Made by a program: the position numbers and the translations under genes. From a virus (lineage: Duplodnaviria > Caudoviricetes), in the IMG/VR virus record IMGVR_UViG_3300030606_000015, positions 1 through 46,238 of that record: DNA of 46,238 nt, one strand, 5' to 3'. This document shows, piece after piece, positions 26,430 through 35,571 of this stretch. Under the pieces are notes generated by a model. That model was not told where the DNA came from and made no database searches. It saw only the letters and a list, made by a program, of their open reading frames with translations. Position 1 is the stretch's first letter. Each line of letters starts with the position of its first letter.

Positions 26430-26839
26430 TAAGCACTGACTCCCTGGATGGCCAAAACGCCATCGATGCCGATGGTGATGCTCAGTACGCCATGCTCATC
26501 AACGCCGCCGGCCAAACTAGATTGCGTCACAAGGGCGTTCGCGGCCGAGAATTCCAGAAAGCCGGTCTGCTCATCCTCTGGATGAAACTCGAACGCGCCC
26601 GATGAGCCGCGCTTTAGCGCCGAGATGATTGTCACGCCGGTCGCCCCCTCCTCTAGCGGAATATCGAAGGTAAAGGTATCCTCCTCCGCCCCGGCATCAC
26701 GGTAAGTGGCCGCTCCGGATGCGCCAGAGCAGCGGCTAACGGCCTCCTGAATGGAGCCGGACCAGTTATAAGTTTGCAAGCAAAAATATTCGGCACTGTC
26801 CAGCTTGAATGACGCCAACGCGCCGGTAAATTTACCCAT
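26429..26839 (-). CDS. Major tail tube protein
   Basis: 136-aa beta-rich protein upstream of the chaperone; FEFHPE…VTQSSL…LSITIGIDG. Confidence 0.65.
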   Translation of the reverse strand: MGKFTGALASFKLDSAEYFCLQTYNWSGSIQEAVSRCSGASGAATYRDAGAEEDTFTFDIPLEEGATGVTIISALKRGSSGAFEFHPEDEQTGFLEFSAANALVTQSSLAGGVDEHGVLSITIGIDGVLAIQGVSA

Positions 26840-27029
26840 TATCCACCTCGTCTTTTACGGCCGTTTTCTTCGCGGCCGGTTTCTTGTCGGGAATCGGGGC
26901 CAGAAACCCCCAACCGACAAATTTTTCAATTGTTTCAGCAGGCAGATCGCCGTCGTTGACAACCTCGCCAACCTTGTAACCAGGTCCTTTCACTTTTTTG
27001 CCGATGGGCACTTTGACCTTGTATCTCAC
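26832..27029 (-). CDS. Small basic virion-associated hypothetical protein
   Basis: GAGGTG RBS; overlaps both neighbours. Confidence 0.6.
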   Translation of the reverse strand: MRYKVKVPIGKKVKGPGYKVGEVVNDGDLPAETIEKFVGWGFLAPIPDKKPAAKKTAVKDEVDNG

Positions 27030-27523
27030 ACTGTCACCTCATAAAGTGCATCTATAAAAGCGGCCGCTACCAGCAGCTCCTCATCAAACCAGAAGCGCAA
27101 GCCAACCTTGCTTTCCACCCGGCGCGGCGCACCAATCTCACCCAGCTTCACCACCGCCCCGCCAATCTTGGGGTTGGCGGCAAAGAGGGCGTGCAGCTCA
27201 TCTTCCCAGGCCAGCACGGCCAGTTCGGCCGTGCGGTTGACGTTGGGCTTGTCCTGGTCCCACACCTGCCAGGCCACATCTACCCGAATGGGCAGCAGCT
27301 CCTCGCGGCAAACTCCGCCAGCGGGCGCGCTGCCCACGGCATTGGAAAAGGCCGACTTTGCCCGATTGCGTTCCACCAGCAGCACCGGAAATTCCGGCAG
27401 TGGATCGGGCACCTGGTCGTACGGGTAGGCGTAGCCACGGGTGAGCTGCGTCAAGTTGGACGCAGCAGGCGACCAGTTCAGGATGAGATCACGCACGGCC
27501 GTTAGCACAGTTTCTCGACTCAT
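27026..27523 (-). CDS. Putative tail terminator/completion protein
   Basis: MSRETVLTAVRDLI…FPVLLV; position in the neck module. Confidence 0.55.
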   Translation of the reverse strand: MSRETVLTAVRDLILNWSPAASNLTQLTRGYAYPYDQVPDPLPEFPVLLVERNRAKSAFSNAVGSAPAGGVCREELLPIRVDVAWQVWDQDKPNVNRTAELAVLAWEDELHALFAANPKIGGAVVKLGEIGAPRRVESKVGLRFWFDEELLVAAAFIDALYEVTV

Positions 27524-27939
27524 GTCACCGCCCAGCGCCAGCCGCGGCCCAACTCGCCGGTGCGCGCGTAGGTGCTGCCCGCGCGCGCCGGCGGGTATTT
27601 GCGCAAATCGTCATAGACCAGCCGCAGCGCCTCAGCCGTCGCCTGGCGCACGCTGACCCGGCGGCCGGTGGCGATACTGCTCACCAGCTCGGCAAAGATG
27701 TCGCGCACGTCGGCCTGGCGCTGGTCCACCACGTCCTGATCGGTGTGCCAGTAGCCCTGATGGACGGCCGCCTGCTGACCTTCTTTCTGCACCAATGCTT
27801 CGTACCGCTGGCCGGATGGTCCATAAGCGCCTTCGTGGTAGACACGGCCGAGCTCGTCGGCGTCCAGCTGGGCAAACATCTGGTTCAGTTCATGCTGCAC
27901 CGTGGTGAGGTTGATGAGGTCAATCTCGGTCTTAATCAT
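27520..27939 (-). CDS. Putative neck protein (HK97 gp10-like)
   Basis: YPP…STYARTGELGRGW motif; position. Confidence 0.5.
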   Translation of the reverse strand: MIKTEIDLINLTTVQHELNQMFAQLDADELGRVYHEGAYGPSGQRYEALVQKEGQQAAVHQGYWHTDQDVVDQRQADVRDIFAELVSSIATGRRVSVRQATAEALRLVYDDLRKYPPARAGSTYARTGELGRGWRWAVT

Positions 27940-28271
27940 CAGGTTTGCAGGGCCAGAAACGACAGGCCGGAAATGTCATTGAAATTTTGCAGCGTGATTT
28001 CATTGGCCCCGTCGTTGTAGAGCTGTGTGGCGTAGGTGCCCAGCTGGGTGAACTCCTGCGAGTCGGGAATCGTGATCGGCCGGTCGGCAATGGCCAGGTC
28101 GCTTTCTTCGACGGCCTCGGTGACGATGTCGAAGGTGCGTTCGGCGCCGCTGGTATTGATGGCGATCAGGCGCACACGGCCGTTGTTGCTGACCGTGAGC
28201 GGATCGGCCGCGGCATACAGGGTCATTGCCACGCCGGAAACCGACGCGGCCGTTGGGGTCACATCAGCCAT
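27939..28271 (-). CDS. Putative structural protein
   Basis: 110-aa beta-rich protein in the head-tail module; GGAGG RBS. Confidence 0.55.
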   Translation of the reverse strand: MADVTPTAASVSGVAMTLYAAADPLTVSNNGRVRLIAINTSGAERTFDIVTEAVEESDLAIADRPITIPDSQEFTQLGTYATQLYNDGANEITLQNFNDISGLSFLALQT

Positions 28272-28710
28272 TGGAGCGGCCTCCGTAGTAGCCTTGGGCG
28301 TAGTCGATTTTGCTGCTGCCCTGGGGCGCTTCAGTCACCCGGTAGCTGGCAATGCCCAACCGCCGCGCGTCCTTCATCGCCTGGCCAAACATCTCTTTGG
28401 CATGATCGAAAATTTGGTGTTCGCTGCGGGCGGTATCGCCCAGGCCGCGCTGGTGTTTGCCGGCCGTACGCCCCATCACCATGCGCCACAGCTCAACCCG
28501 GGCGGCCGCACGCAGCTGGCGCAGGCCCTGGGTGCCGGTGACGGTGGCCACGTCGCTGACGCCGACGGCCAGCAGCGCTTCGTCCACCGGCTCGCCGTAA
28601 TGACCCAGATCTGGATCGAGGTTAAGCTGGCCGGCCAGATTGCCCTGGCTCAGCAGGTCGTGCATGTACTTGGCCAGGGCCAGTTCGGTGGTGAAGGGCT
28701 GGGCGGCCAT
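28264..28710 (-). CDS. Putative head-tail adaptor
   Basis: Helical 148 aa downstream of the capsid gene. Confidence 0.5.
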   Translation of the reverse strand: MAAQPFTTELALAKYMHDLLSQGNLAGQLNLDPDLGHYGEPVDEALLAVGVSDVATVTGTQGLRQLRAAARVELWRMVMGRTAGKHQRGLGDTARSEHQIFDHAKEMFGQAMKDARRLGIASYRVTEAPQGSSKIDYAQGYYGGRSNG

Positions 28711-29114
28711 TAACTCAGCAGCTCCTCGGCGGCCGTTCTTAGCTTGGCGGCCGTAGCCTCGCCAATGCCGGAAACGGCCGTCAGGTCGGCTTCAGTGGCG
28801 TCGCGGATGGAAACGGCCGTAACAAATCCGGCAATCTCCAAGGCGTCCACCAGGTGGGGGACGCCAGCAAGAGAGGTCACGTCAGTGCTGGTTGGTGTTT
28901 TAGCTCTAAACTCTGAGGCTATTTCACCTACCGTTTGCGCGCGAACCTCATCAGCCTGGCTACGCAGCTTCCAGCCTTTGGCTTCAGCCACGGCCGTCGG
29001 CACCGGGACGCGCTCGCCGGGGCCAAAGTAAACGGTACGGCCGTCTACATTGACCCCGTGCGTCCAATCCAGAGAGACGAAAACGGTCTCAGTGGTAGGT
29101 TCGTCATTGGCCAT
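28710..29114 (-). CDS. Helix-hairpin-helix domain protein after the capsid gene
   Basis: LTAVSGIGEATAAKL and LAGV…ALEIAGF HhH motifs. Confidence 0.75.
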   Translation of the reverse strand: MANDEPTTETVFVSLDWTHGVNVDGRTVYFGPGERVPVPTAVAEAKGWKLRSQADEVRAQTVGEIASEFRAKTPTSTDVTSLAGVPHLVDALEIAGFVTAVSIRDATEADLTAVSGIGEATAAKLRTAAEELLS

Positions 29115-30241
29115 TAGCTGCCTCCGATCTCAGAACTCGCAATTGCCACCAATTCGGGATTCTCCAAAACCGGGATTACGTTAGCCGCGCCACGGCCGTG
29201 CAGCTGCATAGGCAGCTGTTCCGGCGTGTATGCCTGTACCCAAACGCCAGGCCGCCCACCCTCAACGGTGGGGCCGACGTGGGTGTAACCCAGGGCCAGG
29301 TCGCTGGTGGGGTCTTCGGTGGAGCCTTCGCCCACCACGTAGCCGCGCCGTGACGGCCGGCCAATGGCCACGAGCTTTTTCTGGGCCATGAACGGCACCT
29401 TCGTTGTTTGGCCGGGATTGGCCGTGTCGTAAATCTCGGCTTCATCACCGTAGCTGATGAGCGTTACCTGCTCGCGGAAATCGCTCGACGGCCGTTCGTT
29501 GTTGCCCAGCAAGCGGCGAATGGTGGTCCGGCTGCCGCCGGCGGCAAATGCGTCCTGGCTGGTGATTTCGATGTTGTTGACGCTGTTGGAAACGATGGCC
29601 AGCAGCGTGTCCGGATGCACCACAAAGGCCGCAACGTTGTAGCGCAGCGCCTGGTACAGCAGGTTGATGTCAGCCCAGAAAGCGGAGGCGGACTCATCCC
29701 AGGCGGCCGTGCTGGTGCGCTGGCTCAGGATATTGGCTGACGGCACGCCGTAGCTGACGCTCCAGGCAATGCCGTTGAATGTCCAGCTGATCGCCCCCGT
29801 CACCAGGGCCTGGGCCCGCAGCCACTCCATGCGGTCATACATGGACTGGGCGATCACCTTGTCAATGAAGCGCAGCACCTCATTGGCCAGGAACTCTTTG
29901 CCGTTGCCGCCATTGAGGGCGAGATTGACCAGGATGCCCTGAATCTTGCGCAGGTTGTCTTCAGTCAGCTTGGAATAGGCCCCGATTTTGAGCGCCTTCT
30001 CCGCAAACTTGGACGCCTGCACCAGGCCGACCGGGGGGTAGGGTGAATCCATACCCACCGCCCCGGCCATCGTTGCCCGCACGGTCATCGTGCCGCTCTC
30101 GGCCGCATAGTCGGTGCTGGTCATGACGGGTAGAAAGTTGGACCAGAGATAGTCCGACATGGGGCGCGGCTCATTGGCCACGCTGAACATGTCACCAGAC
30201 CCCAGGTCATTTAGAACATCTTCAAAGGAAAAATTAAACAT
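29114..30241 (-). CDS. Major capsid protein (lambda E-like family)
   Basis: 375 aa; RMEWLRAQALVTGAI…VSYGVP; C-terminal NVIPVLENPE; follows scaffold and decoration genes. Confidence 0.85.
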   Translation of the reverse strand: MFNFSFEDVLNDLGSGDMFSVANEPRPMSDYLWSNFLPVMTSTDYAAESGTMTVRATMAGAVGMDSPYPPVGLVQASKFAEKALKIGAYSKLTEDNLRKIQGILVNLALNGGNGKEFLANEVLRFIDKVIAQSMYDRMEWLRAQALVTGAISWTFNGIAWSVSYGVPSANILSQRTSTAAWDESASAFWADINLLYQALRYNVAAFVVHPDTLLAIVSNSVNNIEITSQDAFAAGGSRTTIRRLLGNNERPSSDFREQVTLISYGDEAEIYDTANPGQTTKVPFMAQKKLVAIGRPSRRGYVVGEGSTEDPTSDLALGYTHVGPTVEGGRPGVWVQAYTPEQLPMQLHGRGAANVIPVLENPELVAIASSEIGGS

Positions 30242-30299
30242 GGTTACCTACCTTAGTTCTGAGAGCTAAGCCTGGCGACTAAGCGCCAACGGCCGTTGC

Positions 30300-30947
30300 C
30301 TATGACGTGGAATCTGAGTAGGTTTCCCATACCCAGCCAGTGCCAACACCGGCGGCGACAAGTTCGTCTTTGTAGGTGTCGGTCCAGTTGCCAGACGAGC
30401 CGCCGTCCCAATCGGGCAGCAGGTTTTCAAAGATGACACCGCCGACAATCTGGCCGTGGCCGACGTCGGCCATACCGTCGTCGATGGCGGTAGATTCCAG
30501 CAAACTGGTGGATGTTTCGGAGCCGGTAACGGCCGAGCGAGGGATAACCTTGCCGCTGGACAGCTTGGCCATGACGGTGCCGGCGGGGATCCGCTTGGCT
30601 TCGTTGCCCGGCCAGTAATACGCCTCGTCATTGTCTTCAATGGCTGCCGGCAGGGCCTCAACCGTGATGGATGTGGCGGCCGCAGCGGCCGCGGCCGTTA
30701 CCCGGGCAAACTCTTTGGATTCACCAAAGTGCAGCAGCGTACCGGCCGGAATCGCGCCAGACAGCGCGTCTACAGAAATACTCGTGGCGTCGGCCGCAGC
30801 GTTGGCCGAAAGTTTGACCAGAACGGCATCACCGCCAAAGGAGGCGGGGACCAGTACCCAATCAATTTGCCGACCGGTACCGCGCACGAGGCTATGCTCA
30901 TTGGCTACGAAGGGCAGAGCCTCATCGTAGTAAGTTGTGCGTGACAT
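30300..30947 (-). CDS. Head decoration protein
   Basis: GRQIDW, IPAGT twice, GVIFENLLP; between scaffold and capsid. Confidence 0.65.
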   Translation of the reverse strand: MSRTTYYDEALPFVANEHSLVRGTGRQIDWVLVPASFGGDAVLVKLSANAAADATSISVDALSGAIPAGTLLHFGESKEFARVTAAAAAAATSITVEALPAAIEDNDEAYYWPGNEAKRIPAGTVMAKLSSGKVIPRSAVTGSETSTSLLESTAIDDGMADVGHGQIVGGVIFENLLPDWDGGSSGNWTDTYKDELVAAGVGTGWVWETYSDSTS

Positions 30948-30948
30948 A

Positions 30949-31686
30949 TCATTCTCCTGTAATCGGATTCTTGCGGCTTTCGTGCGCCTTGCGCTGCCGC
31001 TCTAAGTACGAATTCGTAACTGACGTGTCAGCACCCTGGCTGCTCACATCCTGTTTGGGCCACGGCGTCCCTGACGCCTGCTGGCCGCCTTTTTGCTCAG
31101 CGGTTAAGGCCGGCAAAAAGTCTCCCCAGGTTTCTTTGACATAGTCGGGTAACGGCCGTTCCTGACCATCGCCGTTTTTGACAAAAGCAACCTGGTTCTT
31201 TTTCCCGTCCTGCTCAACTTCCCTCACCTCAATGGATAGCTCGCCCGCGCCGGGCAGCTGCCCCAGCACGGCCGCTTTGTAGCCGTGAGCCGCGGCCGCT
31301 TGCTGGAAGAGCTGGTTGCGCTGGAGCTGGGTGTACTCGCCCCGGAGCTGCTTCAGCTCATCGGGCTTGCCCAGTGCCTGATACGCCTGCCATGCGGCCG
31401 TTTGTTCGCCATCGAGAACAACCGCGCCGTCACCGGGCACCTTGCCCTGTACGGCCGCCAGGTCCGCCTTGAGCTTGTTGATCTCCTGGCGGTAGGCTTT
31501 GTTCTCTTGCAGCAGCAGCACCCCGGCCGCGTCTGCTCCACCTTGCTTGTTGGCAATGGAAGAGAAGGCGTCGAGGAGGCGCTGTTCTAAATCGCCGCCA
31601 CCGCTGGCCGTTGTCGTACCGCCACCCTCGCTACCGTCGGCGGTCATGGGGTAGGGGAAGTGAGTAAATTTGTGAGCAAATAACAT
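30949..31686 (-). CDS. Capsid scaffolding protein
   Basis: CAGGAG RBS with ATG 31686; coiled coil ENKAYRQEINKLK; low-complexity ends. Confidence 0.7.
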   Translation of the reverse strand: MLFAHKFTHFPYPMTADGSEGGGTTTASGGGDLEQRLLDAFSSIANKQGGADAAGVLLLQENKAYRQEINKLKADLAAVQGKVPGDGAVVLDGEQTAAWQAYQALGKPDELKQLRGEYTQLQRNQLFQQAAAAHGYKAAVLGQLPGAGELSIEVREVEQDGKKNQVAFVKNGDGQERPLPDYVKETWGDFLPALTAEQKGGQQASGTPWPKQDVSSQGADTSVTNSYLERQRKAHESRKNPITGE

Positions 31687-31735
31687 ACGGTTGTCTCCTG
31701 CGTTCCCTGAACGCTTAGGGGTTGGCACCTTGCCG

Positions 31736-31784
31736 GAAAAACAAAACGGCGCTGAAAGCAAGTCCTACTCGCTTTCAGCGCCGT
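31736..31784 (-). terminator. Intrinsic terminator/attenuator upstream of the scaffold gene
   Basis: 14-bp IR ACGGCGCTGAAAGC 31746-31759 and GCTTTCAGCGCCGT 31771-31784, followed by a U-rich tract on the - strand. Confidence 0.7.
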
Positions 31785-31852
31785 GTCTCTAAAGGTTTCA
31801 CGCCGCGCCGCCCTGGTATGGTGGCCAGGGCCGGGGGCTTATTTAGTTATGT

Positions 31853-31881
31853 ATCTTAGAACAGTTGTCTTAATGTGTCAA
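31853..31881 (-). promoter_or_regulatory. Sigma70-like promoter upstream of the head genes
   Basis: TTGACA-17bp-TAAGAT on the - strand. Confidence 0.6.
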
Positions 31882-32163
31882 TTACGGCCGTTTTTGCACG
31901 GCCATCCCGCTGACTTCAAGTAACCTGCGGCCGCTGCGTCGCCGGGAAGCGATCATATCTCCAACCAGACTATGACGCCTGCCGAAGAGATCGATATATG
32001 CCCATGTTTTTTCCGCGACCCGATAACGTACGGCATAAGATGAGTGGGGGCCATCCTCGATATCCGCGTTCCATTCTAATGCTAGCGCCCGCACCGGCTG
32101 ACCATTCCAGACCAGCAACGGCCGTTGCTCAGGCGGTATGTTTGTGAAACCTTGCATTGCCAT
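31882..32163 (-). CDS. Hypothetical protein
   Basis: GAGGAG RBS; 93 aa. Confidence 0.6.
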   Translation of the reverse strand: MAMQGFTNIPPEQRPLLVWNGQPVRALALEWNADIEDGPHSSYAVRYRVAEKTWAYIDLFGRRHSLVGDMIASRRRSGRRLLEVSGMAVQKRP

Positions 32164-32166
32164 GAT

Positions 32167-32394
32167 CTACTCCTCAAAAGCCGCGTAGGCCACGTTGTTC
32201 AGCGTCTCTTTGCTCAGTCGCGGCGACGGCCGTTTGAACGACACCTTCTTCGCCCGGCCGTGATTGTATCGTGCAGCATATTCAGACATTCGCCGTTTTG
32301 CCCTGTTTGCTCGACGCCAAAATGAGTTTGTTTCCTTGCCGATGTCGATACCATTGACGCTAATTTGCAAATTGTATCCTGCCTGAGCACTCAC
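32167..32394 (-). CDS. Small basic hypothetical protein
   Basis: GTGA overlap with the previous gene; GAGGAG RBS. Confidence 0.5.
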   Translation of the reverse strand: MSAQAGYNLQISVNGIDIGKETNSFWRRANRAKRRMSEYAARYNHGRAKKVSFKRPSPRLSKETLNNVAYAAFEE

Positions 32395-32609
32395 AACCCT
32401 AACTCCTCGACGGCCGCCGGTGGCTTGAGCTGCCAACGGCCGTTTTCATCTACAATCAAAGTGAACTGGTATTCTCCCGGTTCTTTGGCCAATTGTAACA
32501 CGCGCAGCGCCAATTTATGCGCTTTGGCGGGCAGCGGGGCAGGACGGCGCTGTTTGGCGCTGGCCGGGAAACGGCCGTTGTAGACCGGCGTTGGCTCACT
32601 CATCTGCAC
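32391..32609 (-). CDS. Small hypothetical protein
   Basis: GAGGTG RBS; MSEPTPVY N-terminus. Confidence 0.6.
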   Translation of the reverse strand: MQMSEPTPVYNGRFPASAKQRRPAPLPAKAHKLALRVLQLAKEPGEYQFTLIVDENGRWQLKPPAAVEELGL

Positions 32610-32922
32610 TCACCTCGTCGGCCGCCGGTGGCTGGCGCAGCCACGGATTATCACGCAGCGCCTGGGTCACCCCGTAACCCAGGGCAATGACCAGCCTTTC
32701 CTTATGGTCGCCCATGCCCGCGTGCTCCAGGAGGCCGTGCAGCGCCTCGTGCCACACCGTCACCCATTTAACATGCGGTGCCATATCTACCTCGACGCGA
32801 ATCTCACAGTCGTTGTAAAGGATGTGGCCGTTCAGGCCGGTGTTGCCGTCGCGCAAATCTTTGCGCTCGACGACGGTGTAATCAATGCCGCCAATGCGGA
32901 TAGTGGTGGGTAGTTGGTTCAC
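32596..32922 (-). CDS. Small zincin-like metallopeptidase (ImmA/IrrE-like HExxH)
   Basis: LPTTIRIGGIDYTV…TVWHEALHGL…ERLV. Confidence 0.75.
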   Translation of the reverse strand: MNQLPTTIRIGGIDYTVVERKDLRDGNTGLNGHILYNDCEIRVEVDMAPHVKWVTVWHEALHGLLEHAGMGDHKERLVIALGYGVTQALRDNPWLRQPPAADEVSADE

Positions 32923-33620
32923 ACCAGCCTCCTCTCGGCCGTTTCGCTGTTGAAATATTCTTCATAGCACAGGCAGTTCACCAGGCAAATGCGCTGACCG
33001 GGCTTCTTGTACGCCGGGTCGCCGATGAAAAATTCCCGTTTATCGAAATCGATACATTCTCGGCAGCTGTCGCGGGCGCTGCGAATGCTGCGCACAGTCT
33101 CAAAGCCGCGCCGGGCAAAGCTGCTTTCGGCCACATCGTAAAAGGTGCCACGGCCGGCATCACCATACATCTGCGAGCGGCGCAGGAAACGGCCGTCCAG
33201 CAAAACATCACCGGCAGCCAGGCCCGTCGCCAATGTTTGCAGCTTGTCCAGGTGAAACCGCCGCGCTGTCTGCACCTGGCCCACATCGGCCACCGTCAGG
33301 GCGTTGATACCGCCCACGGCCGCGCCGCCGCCAGCCAGATGGACAAAGCGCACGATGTCGGCCATTTGCAGCTGCCAATCTTCCAGCTGCACCGCCGATG
33401 TTTGCGCGCCAACGGCCAGACCGGCCATGACCTGACCCACGGCCGTCAGCACCTGGTCCAGGACGCGGCGGGAGATGGGATCGCCGCTGGCACCGGCCAG
33501 GGCCGTGCGCGCCTGGCGCGGGGCGTAGCGCTGCCAGACTACCACCGCCTCTTGATACTCCAAGGAAGAAACGGCCGCCAATGCTGCCAGCTGTTCGGCC
33601 GTCCATTTAATCGCGGGCAT
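32919..33620 (-). CDS. Head morphogenesis/minor capsid (MuF-like) protein
   Basis: Downstream of the portal; C-terminal CREC…PGQRICLVNCLC. Confidence 0.6.
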   Translation of the reverse strand: MPAIKWTAEQLAALAAVSSLEYQEAVVVWQRYAPRQARTALAGASGDPISRRVLDQVLTAVGQVMAGLAVGAQTSAVQLEDWQLQMADIVRFVHLAGGGAAVGGINALTVADVGQVQTARRFHLDKLQTLATGLAAGDVLLDGRFLRRSQMYGDAGRGTFYDVAESSFARRGFETVRSIRSARDSCRECIDFDKREFFIGDPAYKKPGQRICLVNCLCYEEYFNSETAERRLV

Positions 33621-33870
33621 TCTCGTTTTCCTTAACGGACGCTTTAGGCTTCACAAAATGCTGCTCGATCACGCTGACTAAATCGAGCAATGACGCGGCC
33701 GCAACCTCGGCCGCCCGGCTCACCAGGTCGAGTTGCGTGACCTCTTTTTGGCAATCGTCGCAAATGATATACCGATTTAGCTTATCTGCATCTGCCGGGC
33801 AACTGCACTGCTCAATTACTCGGTCACACTTGCTGCATATGACTGTTTCATGTCCCTCGTGGCGCGTCAT
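33607..33870 (-). CDS. Small Cys-rich zinc-finger-like protein
   Basis: CSKC…CSC…CDDC; ATGA overlap with the portal gene. Confidence 0.6.
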   Translation of the reverse strand: MTRHEGHETVICSKCDRVIEQCSCPADADKLNRYIICDDCQKEVTQLDLVSRAAEVAAASLLDLVSVIEQHFVKPKASVKENENARD

Positions 33871-35561
33871 TCGTCATCACCCCCGATCACAAAATCGCCC
33901 CGAATCGTGGCGTCGCTAATCTCCCCGTCCTGCACCGTCTGCACGGCCGCGGGCAAGGCCACGGCCGCCCGGCCCAGAATCTCCAGAATCTCCGCCTGAA
34001 GCTTCAGCGTGTTTAGCCTGGCCGACTCTTCGCCCTCGATGCGCTCCAGCTCGGCGCTGACGTTTTCCGCGCCCAACATGCGCACGGCCGTTTCTTTCGA
34101 CAGCAGCCCTTTTTCGTAGGCTGAAATGATCGCCTGCCGCTCGCCAATGGACAGCGGGCCGCTGTTGATGATGGCCGACCCGCTGATCTTCAGCGCGTCA
34201 AAGTGGGTGGGGTCGCCGGCGATAGCGGCCGCCAGGGTGAGCACGGTATCAAAACACCAGGTCAGTGCGGCGTCCAGGGCCGATTTGGTTTGTTTCAGGC
34301 TGGTCTCGAAATCGGCGCGGGCCTGCACGATGAATTCGCCGCTGATTTCGCTGCCGCCGCCTTGAGCCAGCACGTGCAGCTGGCTGGCTTCGTGCAGCAG
34401 GGCGGTGTAGATGTCTGCGGCCGTGGCGACAAACACGTCGGCTGGTGTGGGGTTGCGATACACCACCTGGGGCGTGGCGTAGCCCTTAATCTGTCCCGTT
34501 TCCTCATCCCAGATAGGCGTGCCGGTCATAAAGTTGGCCGTGTTGGGACCGAGGTTAACCTTGCTCGGGGTGAACTTCATGCCGCCTGGTTCGCTCGCGT
34601 CTTCAGACCATTCCCCCGGCATTTGGGTATTGAGGTACAGCCGCTCCAGGAAGCCGCCATCGACAATATTGCGGCTCTCACTGGTCCGCGCCAGGTTGAG
34701 GGACCTTTGTAGGCGGCGTTTGGTCTCGTCGATGAACAACGGCCGTTCCATCTCAAACATAGTCAAACGGCCGCCCAGCTTCAGCGGATAATCCACGGCC
34801 TCTTTGACATCGGCCTGCACCAGACGGATAACGGTGTTGCCGTCCTCATCGACAAAACAGATTTCGGCCGCGACCTGCTCATCTTTCTTGTAGGTGTAAA
34901 CACCGGCCTGGTCCATAGACCCGCCATCGGTGGCTACTGTGGCCTGAGTGGCCCGGGGATGCTGGATATGGATTTTGGTCAGCACGTCGGCGAGGGGCTG
35001 ACCGGTGCCGTCTATCCGCGAACGGCCGTCTTCATCAACGCTCAGCAGGTTTGCCGGGATAATGAGGCGCAGCGGCCCGCGCTGGGTGAGCAGCATCGTT
35101 CGGGTGGCCTCCTGGAAAACTTCCTGGGGCGAGACGCGGCTGACACGGCCGTTTCTGGTCAATACCCCATGACGGCCGTTCCACCAGCTCGACAACAGCG
35201 CACCGGCTTCGGCCAGCAGCTCCGCTTCTGCGGTGGTGGGTTCGTCGTCTTCGGTGTTCGCACCGAACGTAAGCGGCCGAACCAGCTCTTTGCTCTTTTG
35301 CGGATTCTCGCCAATGACGCCGGCCACGTGACGGCCGACCAGCTCACCGATGGCGTTTTGCGGCACAAAGGTGTTCTCGACATTGCCCATCATGATTTGC
35401 TGGCCTTCGCTGCCATCGGCCAGCATCGGGCCAATCCAGGCACGGCCGCTTTGCCAGTGATCACCATCGGCAAAAGCCAGGTTCATTTTGAGCCATTCGG
35501 CGTTTTGATCGGGGATGGCTTCGGCCGCTTCTTTGGCGGTCCATTTGTTGAATTCTGCCAT
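33867..35561 (-). CDS. Portal protein
   Basis: 564 aa directly after the terminase; SGE…ARADF, GLLSKETAVRMLG, AELERI. Confidence 0.8.
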   Translation of the reverse strand: MAEFNKWTAKEAAEAIPDQNAEWLKMNLAFADGDHWQSGRAWIGPMLADGSEGQQIMMGNVENTFVPQNAIGELVGRHVAGVIGENPQKSKELVRPLTFGANTEDDEPTTAEAELLAEAGALLSSWWNGRHGVLTRNGRVSRVSPQEVFQEATRTMLLTQRGPLRLIIPANLLSVDEDGRSRIDGTGQPLADVLTKIHIQHPRATQATVATDGGSMDQAGVYTYKKDEQVAAEICFVDEDGNTVIRLVQADVKEAVDYPLKLGGRLTMFEMERPLFIDETKRRLQRSLNLARTSESRNIVDGGFLERLYLNTQMPGEWSEDASEPGGMKFTPSKVNLGPNTANFMTGTPIWDEETGQIKGYATPQVVYRNPTPADVFVATAADIYTALLHEASQLHVLAQGGGSEISGEFIVQARADFETSLKQTKSALDAALTWCFDTVLTLAAAIAGDPTHFDALKISGSAIINSGPLSIGERQAIISAYEKGLLSKETAVRMLGAENVSAELERIEGEESARLNTLKLQAEILEILGRAAVALPAAVQTVQDGEISDATIRGDFVIGGDDE

Positions 35562-35571
35562 AATCTTTACC

